Numbered from the stretch's first letter, positions 1-13,800 are shown. The stretch: 64,000 nt of DNA from Basidiobolus meristosporus CBS 931.73 (GCA_002104905.1 MCFE01000194.1:62001-126000); one strand, 5' to 3'. The notes: generated from the sequence alone by a model not told the origin. A program made the numbers and translations.

Positions 1-1570
1 TCCATATTGAATGGTGTAGAAGGTGGCTTGTGACCATGAGAAATCCAGCAAATCTTGGTAGAGTTTTCCTGATAATAATTAGTTGCTTGTTGCACCCAAC
101 CCAAATTTGCATTACTTAACTGATTACCCATGCATTGGGTTACTTAGCTTCTTAATACCATAGGCATAGGTGTCTACATGTGCACATTTGTCCTCTATTC
201 TTCAGCTCTTTCTGGCTGTCCTCCAAGTGCCAACTCATCACATCCATGACAGACTTGAAGGTAATATTCTTGATGAGTTGGTACATGGTATTACCTGCAA
301 ATTGACTTGTCTTCCTATCTCCCCACACATCTGTTTCACAGGAAACTCCCAAGAGGTGAAGCAAGGCCCAATATTCTCCACACACTGTGCAAGATGGAGT
401 AGAGAATGGACACAGTAGCAGCAGAGATGTATGTGGTCAGCTTTATTTTTGTAATACAGTTGCTCAAATCCTGTCACAAACTCCTCACAAAACAGCTGTT
501 GATGCATGAAGCTGGCATTTGTGATCTGCATATGGATAAATATTCCTCCAATGTCCACATATGACTCCCAATGCTTCAAATGTACTCTTGGTAGGAATGG
601 CTTCAGAGCACCACTTGAATAAGTACATATCTAGTTCATCCAGTCTTTGCATTTTTATTATTGTATATGAGTATGAATATTGATTGGAGCCCATGAGAAG
701 TACACAGGGTAGTTGATACTCTGTAATATCTTGCCAATTCTTTCAAATTTCTCTGGTATCTTGAAGGGCTCATTAAGCTTGAAATGCCCCATGTACAACT
801 TGGTCTTCAGTATAGGTATATTTTTGAAAAGCAAATGCATTGCTCCCAGTGAAAAGCTTTTGTTCCAACAGACACCTGCTATCTTCAGTATCTCTGGTTT
901 CTATTCTGGCCAGTTGCTTATAGCCTGCCAGCTTTGCTGCAATTGCATGCTTATTTCTGTACATTCTCTCTGTGAAAAGATAATGTTATTAGTGCTGGTG
1001 TTTAGGTAATGACAATGTGTATGAGTTATGGAATAAATCTGCTGGATCTTATGCATTTAACAGGAACACCATCCACTGTGCCCAGATAACCTGCTATCTT
1101 GCTGATGGCTGGGGTATCTCCAATGCAGATAATAATATGCGCTTTATCATGATGGCATTTACCATTATCCCAATGTAAAGCATTCAAAATTCATCCAGCA
1201 ATGGATACAGTAGCTATCCCGGTTGGATGGTGATTTGGGCCCAGATACCAGTGAGACTATCAACAGATTATTGCTCTGATACTGTAGGATGGGTGGCAGA
1301 TTCAAATTGATGAGAATCCGTGGCCAGCAGAATATGCTGGTAGAGTATTTCTTTAATCAGAATCCATCAAGTGCTAAAGCAAAGGCATGGTCATACATAC
1401 TTTTAAAGTAGCCCTTGCTTCTTAGCTGATTGTAATGTTTGCCATCAAATATATTTGATATATTTGTGCTTGATTGATACTGAGTGTGGTACTGTATAGC
1501 TTTGCAATATTTCTTGGACTGCATCAGCTTCCTCAGACAGTCTATGACCAGAATATATCCATAGTGTGAG
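1..1570 (-). mobile_element. Decayed Tnp2/Transposase_21-type (CACTA/EnSpm-like) DNA transposon relic, copy 1
   Basis: Minus-strand fragments NIFDGKHYNQL..F...DHAFALALDGF (1357-1560) and IGDTPAISKIAGYLGHSGW (~1070-1125) fit fungal Tnp2-type transposases. Homologous DNA recurs at ~21 kb, ~35 kb and ~44-46 kb. No TIR found; fused abruptly to Gypsy protease at ~1571. Confidence 0.65.
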
Positions 1571-1572
1571 CA

Positions 1573-4500
1573 ATGTTTGCCCCCAATGGTGGTGAATTCC
1601 TGTCCAGTACTGCTCACCAAGAAAGAATTGCCTTCAACATCATCAACTCACCAGTCTATCCTAGTGTGCTTGGAAGCTCATGGCTCAGCTACCACAATCC
1701 AAGTATTGATTGGAAATCCAAGATCCTGTCATTCACCAGATCCCACCAAGTCAACTCCATGAAATCTTCAGACCCTAATAACTGTGAAAAGACTGTTCCC
1801 AACAGTTCAACAGCCCAAGATACCTTGCCAGCTGAAGGGGCCCCCTCAGCAAACATACCAGCTAAGTACCAAGAGTTTGCCCATGTCTTTGACAAGATGA
1901 AAGCAGAACTCCTCCCTGGCCATCGGCCTTATGACTGCCCTATTGACCTTAAAGATGGAAAAGTCCCTCCATTTGGCCCAATATATAACCTCTCCCAGCC
2001 GGAGTTGAAAGAACTCCATGGTTATATTGAAGATAACCTCCAGAAGGGTTTTATTCAGCACTCCAAATCACCTGCTGGAGCCCCAATCATCTTTGTCAAG
2101 AAGAAGGATGGCACCCTCAGAATGTGTGTGGACTACTGTGCTTTGAATAAGATCACAGTCAAGAATTGCTACCCCCTGCCCCTGATCAACACACTGTTGG
2201 ATCAGCTATCTGCTGCCCAAGTCTTAACCAAGATTGACTTGAGAGGAGCTTACAATCTTGTCAGAATCAAGCCTGGTGATGAATGGAAAACTGCCTTTTG
2301 CACAAGATATGGTCACTTTGAGTACAAAGTAATGCCATTTGGCCTCACCAATGCCCCTGCTGTGTTTCAACACCTCATGAATGACATATTCCGTGAATAC
2401 CTTTACCAGTTTGTGGTAATCTACCTTGATGATATTCTCATATACTCCAAGAGTGAAGATGAACATGATGAACATGTCAAGAAAGTATTGAGAAAACCAG
2501 ACTCTGCTGGTCTCTATGCCAAGCTAGAGAAGTGTGAATTTGACCAGAGAGAAGTGGAATTTCTTGGTTACCTCATCAGCCCTGAGGGAACAAGAATGAA
2601 CTGAAAGAAAGTTGACTCAGTCCAATCCAGGAAAACTCCAAGCTCAGTCAAGGAAGTACAGACCTTCCTGGGATTTGCCAACTTCTATTGCAGGTTCATA
2701 GCCAACTACTCCAAGATAGTCACCCCTCTGACAAAGCTTACCCAGAAGAACACACCTTTTGGCTGGAATGAGGAGCAATCCAGCTCATTCAACCAACTCA
2801 AGAAAACTTTCCTGAAGGCCCCCCTGCTTGCCCACCCTGACCTTGAGAAGCAATTCATAGTGGAGCCTGATGCTTCTGATTTTGCCCTTGGTGCCGTACT
2901 CTCCCAGTATGATGAGGACTATGTGTTGCACCCCATTGCATTCTACTCTCAGAAGTTTTCCCCTGCAGAGATCAACTATGATATCTATGATAAGGAGTTG
3001 CTTGCCATCATTGTAGCCTTTGAGCAATGGAGACACTACCTGGACGGTGCAAAACACAAAATCAAAGTCTTCTGTGACCATAAGAACCTCAGGTACTTTG
3101 CAACTTCCAAAGTACTAAACCTGAAACAAGCCAGATGGTCACTCTTCCTGTCCAGCTTTGACTTTACTATCACCTATAGACCTGGTGCAAAGCAAGGAAA
3201 GCCTGATGCCCTGTCCAGAAAAAAGGAATATGCCCTGGAAGAGGGAGATGATGCCTGTTGGCATATGGAACACCCATTGCTGAGCAAGAAACATTTGGAG
3301 ATTCTTGCCACCCAGTCCTCAAGTCTTGTCATCCCTTCATTCCTTGTAGGAATATCAGAATCCCAAGCCTCTGATATGACTTCCAGCACTCTCAAGAAAT
3401 ATCTGGAATCCCCAGTTGGGCCCCCTCCCAAGTTCCCAAACATCCAGAACCTGCATTTGGTAGACAACCTCATCTACCACAAGCAGCAGCTTTATGTCCC
3501 AGACCTTGCCACCCAGCTAGACATCATTAAGTCTTGGCATGATTCAATGGCTGCAAGCCACTTTGGTACTGCCAAAACCTTGAATGCTATCAAAAGAGAT
3601 TTCTGGTGGCTTAGAATGATAACTCTTATCAAAGAGTACATTCTGACTTGTGATATTTGCAACCATGCAAACCAGCCAGACACCAGCCCTATGGACTGCT
3701 TCAGCCTTTGCCTATCCCAGAACACCAATGGAGATCTATATCTATGGACTTCATTACTGACCTCCCTGAGTCATGTGGCTTCAATGCTATACTTGTAGTG
3801 GCTGACCAGCTGACCAAGATGGCTCACTTTATCCCTTGCTGTAAGAGAACTGATGCAAAAGACACTGCTGCATTAGTCCGGAAGAATATTTTCCACCTTC
3901 ATGGTATCCCCAGTGATATTGTGTCAGATAGAGGCCCACATTTTGTGTCCAAGTTTTGGAAACAGTTCATGCAATACCTTGGTGTTCAAGGCAAGCTCTC
4001 TACTGCCTTCCATCCACAGCCTGATGGCCAGACTGAAAGAATCAACCAGATTGTAGAGCAATACCTCTGGTGCTATATCAATTACCAGCAAGACAATTGG
4101 GTTGATCTACTCCCTGTTGCTGAGTTTGCCTACAACAATTCAAGCCATAGTGCAACTGGTTTTACACCATTCTATGCTAACTATGGATTCCACACTCAGT
4201 TTGATATCCAGATTCCAACAAACCCAATGAGCACACATTTGGCTGAACATGCCCAAGCAATCCAGGACATCCAGAATACCCTCAAGGAAGAACTATCCTT
4301 AGCTCAGAAAAGCTACAAGAAATTTGCCAATCTAAAACGGCCTCACAGCCCCAATCTTAATGAAGGAGATTCTGTATGGTTGCTCAGAAGAAACATCAGC
4401 ACCAACCGCCCTTGTGACAAGTTGGATTTCAAGAAATTTGGTCCCTTCAAGATCGAGAAGAAGCTTAGCCCTATAGTATATCAGCTACAGTTACCAGCAA

Positions 4501-4790
4501 GTATGAAAATCCATGATACTTTCCATGTGTCCCTCCTGGAGCCGTATTGAAGGAACACCTTGCCAAACTGGCAAGAAACAAAGCACCAAGCCATCCAGGT
4601 TGACCAACATCAAGAATTTGAAGTTAAACAGATTCTAGACTCCAAGTATATCTGGTCAAAGCTGACTACTTAGTAGACTGGATTGGTTATGGTCCAAGTG
4701 ACCAAACATGGGAACCAGCTACCCATCTCACTAATTGTCAAGAACTAGTTACCCAGTTCCACCAGCAATATCCTGCAAAACCTGCCCCAA
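1573..4790 (+). pseudogene. Chromovirus pol pseudogene
   Basis: Frameshifts near 2600, 3670 and 4665 and a stop at 4550. Arg codons are converted by CpG transitions (YCALN, FCTRYG, YLWCY). Chromodomain EFEVKQILDS...YLVDWIGYGPSDQTWEP keeps F/W/Y at the aromatic-cage positions. Confidence 0.9.
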
Positions 4791-4825
4791 AGGGAAACAG
4801 AGCTTTGCCTGGAAGAGGAGAATAG

Positions 4826-5343
4826 TGTCATGATCATATGACAACCATGAGCACCCATGCCAAGTTTCAGCTTCCTAGCTCAATTTCTAAGAGATTCCTG
4901 CTGGAACCTTCTACCACCTTCCAGAAAGTTCCTGACCATTCCAAACCATTGTTACACAATGGAACATTCCATGGAAGCTTTCCATTGTATATTTCATAGT
5001 CCAGTACCATATATGGAAATACCAGGTCACATGACTTAGTCATATGACCTAGTCACATGTTCAGGTGACCCAATCCATTTCCCCATCCTGTCTTGGTGCC
5101 TTGCCTTCTATATTATTATCCCCAGCACATTGCTGTGTCTCACCCCACAACCCCATTAGTATTAGCTAATATCTCTTGGCATCAGTACAACCAAAAAGTA
5201 TATATAGTCCTATCCCCCCTTAAGCATTCCTCAGTCTGATAAACACAGGTCTTGAATAAACAGCCTTGCCTTGGAAATCCGCCTTGCCTTGTTGATCCAC
5301 ACCTAAGTCCTTTCCTGGTCCTGCCTTGTGTCTATTCATAACA
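4826..5343 (+). repeat. 3' LTR of the chromovirus (518 bp)
   Basis: Starts TGTCATG directly after the PPT and ends CATAACA; contains a TATA-like TATATA and AATAAA. Confidence 0.85.
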
Positions 5344-8300
5344 CTAGTTGGTAAGTTGCAAGTGGACATTCTCTGATGATCTTGAATGGTCCTGTCCATT
5401 GTGGCTCAAACTTCTTCCAAGTGTTGTTTCTTAGTAATACAAAGTTCCCAACTGTCAATGCTTCTGGTGCTATAGTCTTATCAAACCTCTGCATCATCTT
5501 TTCTGCACTTTGAGATAGCTTGGTCTGTGCCTCTTGACATCTTTGTTCCAGTTGCTGGTGTCTACTTAGCTAAGTTCATCTTCTAAGGTGTCTGTAAGCT
5601 TTGGTTATGTGAGATCTCCCAGAATCCTTGGTTCACATCCATACACTAAGTCAAATGGCAATTGCTGGGTGGTGTTGTGTACTCTGACTCTGCATTCAAG
5701 GAGTGCGTGGTCTATATACTCATCCCATCTACTGACAATTACATTTGCATACTTGGTAAGCATTTTTCCAAATAATCCATTAAACCGTTCAATGACTCCA
5801 TTAGTTCTGGGGTGATATGCCAAGGTTTTCAAGTGTTTGATCTGCTGCATTTGCAGGTAAGCTTCCAATGTCTTTGCCATAAAGTTTGCACCTCTATCAG
5901 ATAGAATCTCTGCAGGGCATCCAAACTTCATAAGGATTTCATGGTAGATGAAACTTCCAACTTCTTGTTCACTGGCTATAGGTACAACTTTAGCCACTGG
6001 CCATTTTGTGGCATGGTCAATAGCTACTAAGATCCAACAGTTGCATTTCCTTGTAGTTGGCAGTCTTTCAATAAAGTCAATTCCCCATCTTTCAAATGGT
6101 CTTACAGGCTCCAAGGGAAATATTTGGGAATTTTCTGTGGTTGGCCTTGGTTGATTTGGCAATGTGGGCATGTTTTCACTAGCTTCTCAATGTCTTGTTT
6201 CATTCTGGGCCACCATGCTCTGGCTTTCACAAGACTATAGGTTCCTTCAATTCCAAGATGTCCATATTCATTGTGTAGCATATGTATTAAATCCAGGCAA
6301 GAAACATAAGGGCAATACGCAATATGGCTTCCATCAACAATTTAGTAGAGTGTTTCATGTTGTACTACAAATTTGCTGGCTTCATCCCGGATTATCTTCT
6401 TGATATCTTTATCCACCTCATTAGGAATGGCTTGGTCTTTGAAGTATTTTGGTAATAGGCTAGGCCAATCTGATTTATGCACCAAGTTGAGTTGTTGTAC
6501 TTGATCTAATCTTGATAAGGCATTAGTAACCATGTTGTTTTTTCCAGGGCTGTAGACAAACTCCAAGTCAAATTGCTGAAAGCATTCACTCCATCTTGTC
6601 ATTCTTCTGGATAGAACCTTCTGAGTGAATATATACCTCAGTGAGGCATGATCAGTCTTTACAGTGCATTTGACTCCTTCAATATAGCATCTCCATGTCT
6701 TCAGGCAGTGTATTATAGCAAGCATCTCCTTCTCATGCACAGGATAGTCTTGTTCTGCTGAGTTCAGTTTCTTGGACTCAAAGGCAACAGGGCAGTCTTT
6801 TCCCTTGTGTTCTTGGCTTAGTACTCCACCAATTGCATAATCTGAAGCATCTGTGCACAGGGTAAACTCTTTTCTGAAGTCAGGTATTCTTAAGCTTGGC
6901 AGCTTAGCAAGTTCATTCTTAAGTGTCTGAAATGCAGTCTCACAGGCTATGTCCCACTTGTAGGTCTTGTCTTTCTTGAGGATATCCGTTAAAGGGGGCT
7001 TACTCCTGGAAGACACTCTGCATCAGGGTCATGAATGTTGCAGGGGCATTGGTAAGGCCAAAACTCATGACTAAGTACTCATAATGTCCATATTGGGTCC
7101 TGAATGCTGTCTTAGGGATGTCATCTGGTTTCATGCTAATCTGATTGTATCCTGACATGAGGTCAATCTTGCTGAATATGGTGGTTCTATTAAGTTGGTC
7201 CAAAAGCTCATCAATCCAAGGTATGGGGTACTTATTCTTGATGGTAACTGAGTTCAGGGCTCTGTAGTCAATGCTAAGTTCACTTGTCCCACACATACTG
7301 GAATTGACCAAGTTGAAATCCAGCCTGGCAGGTAATAGCTCATAGGTCTTGTTGTCTTTTTGGATCTGAGTAGTGTGAGTACTCCAGTTGATTGATGGAT
7401 CACAACAAAATAGCCAGGTTTTTCCAAGTACAACATCAAACTTGCAGTTCCCAAATATATTAGCCTGTAGGTCTTTGTCATAGTCATTGATCCTCATTCT
7501 TACTGGCTGAGTAATACGGTTGATTATGTGAGAGTTCCCATCAGCTGTGGAGACTGAAGTTGATTTGGTAGGCTCCAAGTTGATTCCAGCTTTCAAAGCA
7601 AATTGTTCTGACATGTATTCATGTGATGCTCCTGAGTCAATTATAATTTTGGCAGGTACTCCATTGATTACTCCATTTAAGTACAATAACTTCCCTGAGT
7701 TTGAGGTCATTTGGGACAAGTACTCTTCTGTCATATGAAAGGTGAGTTCCAAGTCTTCTTCAAGCCCATCCTCCACATTACTGTATTCATAGGACTCAAT
7801 TTGCTTGAAGATTCTTGTTAGCTGGTGTCCATTTCTTCTCTGGGGGCAGTACTTTGAGATGCATCCTTGCTGGTGGCAATTGAAACAAAGTTCTTTTTTC
7901 CTGCATTCTTCTGAGGTGGGGCTCTTCTGCATAGCATCTATTTCCATTGGTACTGCTTCTGACTGTCTTCTTTCATAATGATTGTAGCCTTTCTGATTAG
8001 TCACTGTAGGCTTCCCAACTCCAAACATAGCTGAGTCATATTTAATGGCAATCTTGATGGCTTCTTCAATAGTCTGAGGTCTTCAATAATTCACATTGTT
8101 GCAAGTTCTTTCTTTCAACCCATCAATAAAGTATTCAACTTGATCCAGGGGGTCCATTCTTTTGATTTGTCCAAGTAGACATCTATACTCATAGATGTAT
8201 GCTTGAACCATTCCTTTCTGTCTGAATGCCTTTAACTTCCTTCTTAGTGTGTCTGCTGGTGTGGAGGTTCAAAAGCATCCTGAAGTTCCAACACATACTC

Positions 8301-9080
8301 ATCCCAGGTAGAGATAGTAGAGCATCCCATCATAGTGGCTGACCTGATCTTGTTGTGATACCACTGTAAAGCTGCATCTGCCAGGTAAGAAGCTGCATAA
8401 TGCAACTTGCTTTCTGGAGCAATTCCTTTAGCCTTAAAAGCTTCTTCAATCTGAGAGAGCCAAGTTCCCCAGTTTTCATTGACTCTGCCTTGGTACCGGT
8501 TGACCTTCACACTAAAGTTGCTCTTGACAGGGCTTTGCTGGCTCTGAGCCATGGTAGTCATTCCTTGTTGCTGTTGGCTGAGGATCTGGAGTAACTGTTG
8601 CTGTTGGGCCAGGATTTGCTGCATGGCATTCTTCCATTCTTGATTGTCCAACATCTTGAGGGTGGTTTCTTCTTTCTTCAGGAGGGAGTTTTCTGATTAT
8701 TACTGCTACCAATGTTACAAGTCTTGGTATAAGAGGTGTAGAGGAATAGGGAGTTTAGCTAGTATTGTATTCACTAAAACTTAAATTGATCTTTATTGAG
8801 GTTCCAGCAGCTCCTTATATACATTTTGCCAGATCAATTGCTGACTAATTGTATTTTGTAATGTAGGTTGTGGCTGATGACTCATTTGATTGCATCATCA
8901 TCACCCAATAAGATCCTACTTAATATATCTATTTCTGTCTGATAAGGATCTGCTGATTCAATTTCTGACAAATGCTTCTGATTTCATAGATAATACTGAT
9001 ATACTGATAACCTAAACATATGCTTATTGATTTGACTAAAACCTGATCTAACTTAAACATTCAAGCGGCAGATCATAACA
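5344..9080 (-). mobile_element. Second Ty3/Gypsy family element, internally deleted and 3'-truncated by the chromovirus insertion
   Basis: 5' LTR 8713-9080; PBS TGGTAGCAG (8711-8703); gag 8244-8654; zinc knuckle [14 protein letters not shown]; protease IIIDSGAS; partial RT; RNase H TDASDYAIGGVL; integrase 5605-6171; GPFKII at ~5380. The RT YxDD core is deleted near 7005. A ~300-bp RT N-terminal block present in the 25.3-kb copy is deleted near 7275. Confidence 0.9.
8713..9080 (-). repeat. 5' LTR of Gypsy family 2 (368 bp)
   Basis: TGTTACA...CATAACA termini, adjacent PBS, about 90% identical by eye to 17180-17547. Confidence 0.9.
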
Positions 9081-10520
9081 CAATCTTCCATTTGGTACTT
9101 CTGTAGTATATTTTACATATACTTGGACTTGATTAGTGTAGTAGTTGGTGCCTCTGTTTATGGAGAGCTTTATCCTTCAATAGTCACCTAGGTCTATCAT
9201 ATTGGACATCTTGAACTCCTTAGATAGGTTGGCTTTAGTCTCTTGCAATGGTTGAACAATATTTGTGGCTATAATAAGATCATCCACATATAGAGCTAAT
9301 AGTACTCTATTTGGTCTATCTGGCTGATAGTTTATACTGCAGCCAGCTGTACTCCTATCAAACCAAAGATTCTAAATAAAAATCTATTTTGCAGTTCCAG
9401 GCTCTTGGCAATTGGTTGAGTCCAAATATAGATTTTTTAAGCTAACAGACAAAATGGGGGTTATATTGCTCAGCAAATCTATCAGGCTGGTCCACATACC
9501 CTCCTCATCTAGCTCTCTATTCACAAAGGCAGCTTTTACATCCATTTGATGCACACAAAACCTATATTTAGCAGCAATAGCCAATATAATCTAGTGGAAT
9601 TACACTTGACTAATAGTGCAAAGGTATCAGTATAGCCAAGTTCTTTTGTTTAAGAGTGTTCTTTGGCCATAAGTCTTGTTTATATCTTACATCTGTAACA
9701 TCAACCTTGTATTTCTACTTGAATACCCATCTGCATCTAATTGATACTTAGTTGATTAGTAATTTGACTGAGTCCCAAATTTGATCCTTCATTAGGACCT
9801 GATACCCTTCAGTCATTGAATATCTCCAAGATTTTATCTGATGGCTATTCAGGACCTCTTTTACAGTCTGGGGCTCATCAATTTGAACTGAATAGGCATT
9901 GGCTAAGCTTGTGCCCTCATTTATATAGTTATTAGGGGTATTTCTGGTCTGGCTGGATCTCCTGGTTTGTGATACTGAAAAGATTGCTTCTGGGATATTG
10001 CTGGTTGCTGCTTCAGGCTAAACCATGGTTTTAGACTCTTCCAGAGTAAGAAAACTTGCTTTGCTCCGATTCAATTCTCACCATTAGTGGACTTGGGATC
10101 AGATTCTTGTCATCATCTGAAGAAATATTTTGTGAAAATCCCAAATTAGCATCAAACAACACATCCCTGGACTTGATCTGCTTAATTACCTTGCAATTGT
10201 CAAGTCTGTATATATTACTCTTGAGGCAGTAGCCCACAAATATGTATTTCACATTTTTTAGCTCAAGCGCTGATGATTTCCACGCAGTTTTGTGGCACAT
10301 GCTGTATGTTTAAATACTCTTGCTTATTATAATGAGATATGCAGCTGCAGCAACCAATTCTGCTCAAAAATCATAGGATAATCTTTTAATATGGATCATA
10401 GATCTTGCCATATGAATAACTCATCCATTATCAGGTTCTAGCACTCCATTTTGCTCTGGGGAGTATTGTACGGCAGTCTCTTCCTTTATCCCTTGTATTT
10501 TGCAGAAGTGGAAGAAGAGT
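9081..10520 (-). mobile_element. Copia family B relic (RT to integrase end)
   Basis: HQMDVKAAF and KNVKYIFVGY fragments; colinear with the full-length B element at ~40.2-41.7 kb. Confidence 0.85.
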
Positions 10521-10760
10521 TTTCCCTATGAAAAAAATTTTGTCCAGCAGGTAGATCTAATCTAGATCAGCTGTCAAGATCCCATCAGGAGACCACCATA
10601 ATACTCACAGCTTGGAATTAATATTCAGCCACACAATCTTATGATAGGATCACTATGGTGCTTTGCCAAAATTATGCCCAAGAAGAGTTGAAAAATATAA
10701 TGGTGTTTGTTTGGTGTTTTGCCAAGGGTGGCATGGCATTGTTGAGGTTCAAGTGTACTC
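10521..10760 (+). repeat. Dispersed repeat fragment, tentatively DIRS-like (tyrosine-recombinase retroelement)
   Basis: Clearly homologous to 35940-36160 and partly to 22390-22470. Degenerate frames give (P)WN..KI.. and KYNGVxxxFCQxW, loosely like the DIRS region at the recombinase N-terminus. The family call is weak; that it is repeated is certain. Confidence 0.35.
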
Positions 10761-10819
10761 TACAACTCTTTGAGTAGATCTAACCAGTTTTATTATTATT
10801 GTTATTATTATTATATTAG

Positions 10820-13800
10820 TATCATGGAATTCAACTTGGCTACTGGTGCAAAGGTTTCAGCATAGTTGGGTCCCTTTGGTTGAGAGGATCCTTTGGCCAC
10901 AAGTCTTGTGTTGTATCTTTCAGCTGAACCATCAGCCTTATATTTTTCTTGAGCACCCATCTACCTTCTACTAATATTTGGCTGAATGGTAATGTGACTA
11001 AGTTCCAAGTTTTCTTTACTATAAGGGCCTGGTGCTCCTTGATCTTTGGAGATCTCCAAAGCTTTGTCTGAGGGCTATGTAGGGCCTCTTTCACAGTCTT
11101 AGGCTCACCAATATGGACCAAATAGGCATAGGCTAAGTTGTATCCTCATTGACATGGTTACTAGGTCTATTCCTAATCCTGCTGGATCTGTTGCCTGATA
11201 ATGCTCAAATGCTAACTTCTGAAATATTTTTGGGCCCTGAGTCAGGCTAGAACACAACTGTGATGTCCTCTGAATTGAAATATTTTCATTGTTTTGTACT
11301 GAATCAAAGCTGACAATTGGCGGGCCTAAGATTGAACTTTTGTCACACAATACACAAAGTAACATGGGACCCATGTTGGTCAGCAATACTGCATTCTGAT
11401 TGGCAAAACCACAGCTGAGTCCTTCTGCTGAGGCCTTGCTTACAGAGTAAAGACTCTTTACTATTTGTGATACCTAAGGTACTGCTTTGAAGGTTAGTGT
11501 GTAACTTCCTTCATTGCTTTGGAGGTTAGCTTGATTGGATTCCTATCCACCTATCTTCAGTATACTATTGACACCTGAGTAAAACATCTTGAACCGCATT
11601 TCTTGTGAGTGGGAAAAAAGTATTTTTTGGTGTATAAAGTGCCGGAATGCTCTAGAGTAATTGCATCACATCTGAGAATACTTGTGTGGTCATACTTAGT
11701 ATAAATGGAAATAGTCTACCTTCAGTGGTTGAAGCATCTGCATATTAAAACTTTCTGTGTTGATTATCTCACTTATTGAAATACCAGTTTGATGTGTGTC
11801 CTTTCCTTTCATCACAATTGCATACAGATCTCTACGCCTTTAAGGGGTCATAAGTACCTCCTTTATTGGTTATCATTGCCTATTAGAGGATTTTCTTCTT
11901 CCTTCTTGTGATGAAATATTGAACTATTTGGTATCATCCAGCAGCTGAAAATTTACTTAACAATTCTAGACTAGTCTTGGTTGCTGTAGGACTTGTTTGC
12001 AGCCCCAACCTTGCTAGTTTCTTCATATCAATGATCCTTTAATTTGTTCCCTAGAGTGAAGATCAAATTAGCACTGTTTACCAAGCATTATGTAATAACC
12101 CTGAAACTGTTACAGAATGCTCCTGAGTGTTAAGTAGCCCCCCCCCCTTCTTAGAGTTACTGCTGTTTTACTTCTACAAAGGTATAAGTAGTGATCCACT
12201 TTATGAATAAACAACAGCTCAACTACTATTACTATATCTTGATAAGTTGCTTATGTCCAGATCACTTCCTAAAATTGCAACAGGTTATGAGCCCCTATTG
12301 CCTTAACCTGTCCAAAAGATGACTTTTACCAGTAAACAGAACAATACTAACATCTTCCCTGTAAAGGAGAAGTGTGAAGATGTTTCAAGAGAAGGAGAGA
12401 AAGACCTTGAATGCTATATGTAGCAATGTGCAAGATTCCTTCATTGGACAAATCCATGCTTCAAATACTGCCAAAGCAGCATAGGAATCCTTAGAGTAGA
12501 TCTTAGAGCAAAATCAGTATTAAGCAAGCTTTACATAAAACAAAAGTTCTTCAACATGTGGAAGAAGCTAGATGATGACATACTACAACTCATTACCTGA
12601 ATGGGGTCACTTGCAAAAGAACTTTACAGTATTAATGCTGGAGTAGATGATGAAGAAAAGATACTCTGTCTGCTTGGCAGCCTACCAGACAAGTATGAGC
12701 CACTCATACTTTCTTTTGAAAGCAGAGAAGATAAATTGACTTTAGACTATGGCAAAGGAAGACTTCTCCATGAAGAACTGAGATGTAATGATCAAGCAGA
12801 GTAAATTAAAAACAATGCTTTATTCAGCTCAGGGAGGAACACATAAAAGAAGGGAAAGCAGAAAAACCAAAGAAAACCTGGTTGCTGTAACCACTGTAAG
12901 AAGCCAGGACACTGGGCAAGAGAATGCAAGAAGAAACAAGCAGAAAAAAAACAAAAACTGGAGCAGGCAAACCATATAACTACTGATGAACAGTTATTTG
13001 TAACTGTACAAGAGAGTGCAAGTAACCAAAGCAATGAATGGTATATTGACTCTGGAGCATCACAGCATATTTGTGGTATAAAGGAGTGGTTCAACAACTT
13101 GAAGACTATTCCTATAAGAAAGGTTTATCTGGGAGACAACTCTGCACTGGAAGCTACTGTCAGTGGGTCTATACTACTAAATATGAGTGAAGTCTCAGGG
13201 GCTACAGCAGCAAAACTGACTTACATAATTTACATCTCTGGGAATAGCTAGGAACTTACTCTCAGTCAGTAAAGCAACTGCTGAGGGACTGAAATATGTA
13301 TTTACTAAGCTGAACTGCTCAGTATTGAGTGAAAATGGACAGATATTACCTTTGGGAATCAGAGGTCACAATATATACAAGTTGCAATGCAAGATCATTG
13401 TACCCAAGTATCCCAACATTGCTGAAACTAATGAAACTAACTGGGAGATATGGCATAGGAGACTAGAACACACTGGGGAACAGAATATTAGCCAATTGAT
13501 GAAGAAGGAACTTGCTTCAGGCCTAAATTACTCAATTACAATCAAATTGAGTGTCTGTAAGCAAAGTTCATATAGCAAACAAGCTAGGCAATTCTTCAGG
13601 AGCTCAGGAGTCATTGACACCACCAAAATATTGGCTATTGTATACTTAGACCTATGTGGGCCCACAGGAACAATGTCCTTTGGAGCCAAGAGATACTATA
13701 TGATGTTTATTGCTTACAAGACAAGATATACATGGGAATATTTCTTCAAAACAATGGATGAGGCTTTGGAAATATCTAAACACTTCAAGAACATGGCAGA

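Larger units (their letters stand above)
1571..5343 (+). mobile_element. 5'-truncated Ty3/Gypsy chromovirus (PR remnant-RT-RNaseH-IN-chromodomain-PPT-3'LTR)
   Basis: ORFs 1573-2604 (protease tail [15 protein letters not shown]; RT with YLDD), 2860-3798 (RNase H DASDFALGAVL) and 3657-4550 (integrase, GPF motif), then chromodomain 4611-4785, PPT GGAAGAGGAGAATAG 4811-4825 and LTR. gag and the 5' LTR are absent. Confidence 0.95.

Noticed and set aside
10790-10818. (TTA)n-like tract as a LINE tail
   Set aside because: Imperfect microsatellite with no adjacent non-LTR RT or endonuclease sequence.
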